DNA from: Octopus vulgaris
Taxonomy: Eukaryota
NCBI GenBank assembly: GCA_951406725.2
Contig: OX597831.1
Span: 70,680,001-70,744,000 of the forward strand
Length of the DNA: 64,000 nucleotides
Direction of reading: 5' to 3'
Positions 61,441-64,000 of the stretch are shown piece after piece. Under the pieces are notes generated by a model. The model was given only the letters and a program-made list of their open reading frames with translations. It ran no database searches and was not told where the DNA came from. The translations under genes were made by a program, and so were the position numbers. The stretch's first letter is position 1. The number at the start of each line of letters is the position of its first letter.

Positions 61441-62299
61441 TAGGGAGAGAAGAATAATGCCCAGTACCCATGACCCTTTATTTTTGAGGCTTATGATTCT
61501 GATGAGATGAAGAGTGGAAGGGATCCACATACTGAAGGCCTGGCCAAAATGTTTGCCAGAGAAAAACGGAGGAAAAGAAGATATGGTCATGGCTGGAATG
61601 CCTTTGATCATTAATCAGTTTGAACAGAGCTGACCTGGGGTTAAGCAACAACAAGCAAAACTGTTTATCTGGAAGCATTTGGTTTCTATAGCAACCACTC
61701 GTCCTTTCATATCTTTTTGGTTGCTAAGATCCAGTGATATCATGTATACAGTAACCATGGTGATATGTCTCCTGTTTGCAACAGAGGGAACTTTACTAAA
61801 AGCATCCAAGAGCCAGGTGGTGGATTAAATCCTCCATCTAAAAATTCAGAACACAAAAACAGGTACTACAAGGTAGCATGTTTGATGCCCTAACAATTCC
61901 TTCTTCCATACCATTAAATGGATTCTTATTTTATTGAAAACAAATGGCAAAGTTCACAGAGTAATGATATTAATTCTCATTTATTTTGTGAATGTTTTCA
62001 ATGGTGTAGCATGGATTTTGACTGCTCTATATGGTAGCCAGATTGACGACTTTCTTCCTTAAACTTGACCTATCTTTGACCATAGAAAAATTTTGTATAT
62101 AATGTTGCTGACCTATATGGTCTAGACATCCAAAGTTTCTCCACTGCAGATAAAAATGACAAAAAAAAGTTTGTTTCAAATAATTCTTGAATGTTTACAC
62201 TTATGTCAAAAATATATTTTAACCCTTTGGTATAAATATTACTCTCTCAACATAAGGCTTATTCATTCACATTAGTTGAAATTAATCATGCATTATCAT

Positions 62300-62471
62300 A
62301 GGCGCAGGAGCAGCTGTGTGGTAAGTAGCTTGCTAACCAACCACATGGTTCCGGTTTCAGTCCCACTGCGTGGCATCTTGGGCAAGTGTCTTCTGCTATA
62401 GCTCCGGGCCGACCAATGCCTTGTGAGTGGATTTGGTAGACGGAAACTGAAAGAAGCCTGTCGTATATATG

Positions 62472-62514
<43 letters not shown>

Positions 62515-62727
62515 TTGTGTGTTAGTGTTTGTCTCCCTAGCATTGCTTGACAACCGATGCTGGTGTGTTTACGTCCCCGTCACTTAGCGGTTCGGCAAAT
62601 GAGACCGATAGAATAAGTACTGGGCTTACAAAGAATAAGTCCCGGGGTTGATTTGCTCGACTAAAGGCGGTGCTCCAGCATGGCCACAGTCAAATGACTG
62701 AAACAAGTAAAAAAAAATGAAGAGAGT
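62300..62727 (+). mobile_element. SINE family A
   Basis: Full-length copy. Confidence 0.9.
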
Positions 62728-63252
62728 ATCTAGCAGCTTCGAAATTTTGATGACATGATTGTTTCTTTTTACAATGACATTGAAAGGTAGATATGAGAAT
62801 CTGGATCTAACAAGCCTGAAATTGAAATGGGTAGAATATTTGGGCTGGGTATGGCTGGTTTAAATGCTAAAGGATTAAAGTTAAACATTTAAAATGTCAA
62901 TTCGTGAATATCCTTTCTTTTCACATATATTCTAGTCTATAATGTGAGTATATTGTTTTACTGTCCTTCAAAGTTAAAGAGAAAAAGTATTTGTTACAAG
63001 TTGAAAGTTAACCCAGTATGATGCACACTAACTCAGGCCTTTATGGGAAGCTTCAATATGTAATTCTGTATACTTTAATAGTATACCTTGATGAAATATG
63101 GTGGGTTGCCTGTCGTATTAATTTTACAAAACTAACTACAAACAAAGAAACTGAATTTTCATCAATATATATACAAACTTACACACACACACACATGCAT
63201 TCATGTATGTGTGTCTGTGTATGAACATATACATATATGTGTATATATTTAT

Positions 63253-63625
<373 letters not shown>

Positions 63626-64000
63626 CTTAAAAATGCAATCTTGTATTCATAAAACTCAATATCCATAACATTACATTATTGCATTTATTTGAAAAATTCT
63701 TATACAAATCAGCCAGATTTTTTAAATAAAAAAAATGAAAATAAAAGGAAATTTCAGAATCTCCATGTACAGCTTATGGATATCATATTTTATTACATAA
63801 ATACAGCATACCACCAAAAGACCCTAGCAAAATATCCAACAGTCACAAAATAATTATCTGTATGCTCACAACTCCAATTATCTATCTGTCTATCACTTTC
63901 TCTGTCTATTTCTTTCTCTCATTACACACACACAAACAAACACACAAGCCAGCATATACATACATGTATTTATATAACCAAATATATGACAGCCAGTATG

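Overview
AT-rich, repeat-dominated eukaryotic DNA with no intact recognisable protein-coding gene. The SINE repertoire and very high microsatellite load look like a coleoid cephalopod (Octopus) intron or intergenic region; this is inferred from recalled repeat families, not from a database search. The window holds over 20 copies of one ~410-bp tRNA-headed SINE with an internal (TA)n(TG)n tract, about 8 copies of a Meta-core-like SINE, and 3 copies of a third SINE that share a core but have different 3' tails. It also has decayed LINEs (RTE, CR1/L2-like, R4/Dong-like), Penelope-like (PLE) relics, several mariner/Tc1 and hAT relics, foldback elements and long microsatellites. Nearly all ORFs in the track are artefacts of these repeats. 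The main signals are: (1) three divergent short inserts ending at (TA)n, each with a minimal hammerhead ribozyme motif and an invariant TTTCCTGAGCG about 70-73 nt from the 3' junction; (2) repeated 95-205 bp local inverted duplications copied from 0.2-3 kb away; (3) a 294-bp near-perfect hairpin; (4) a few weak candidate minus-strand exons. Coordinates of decayed elements are approximate and identities were counted by eye.
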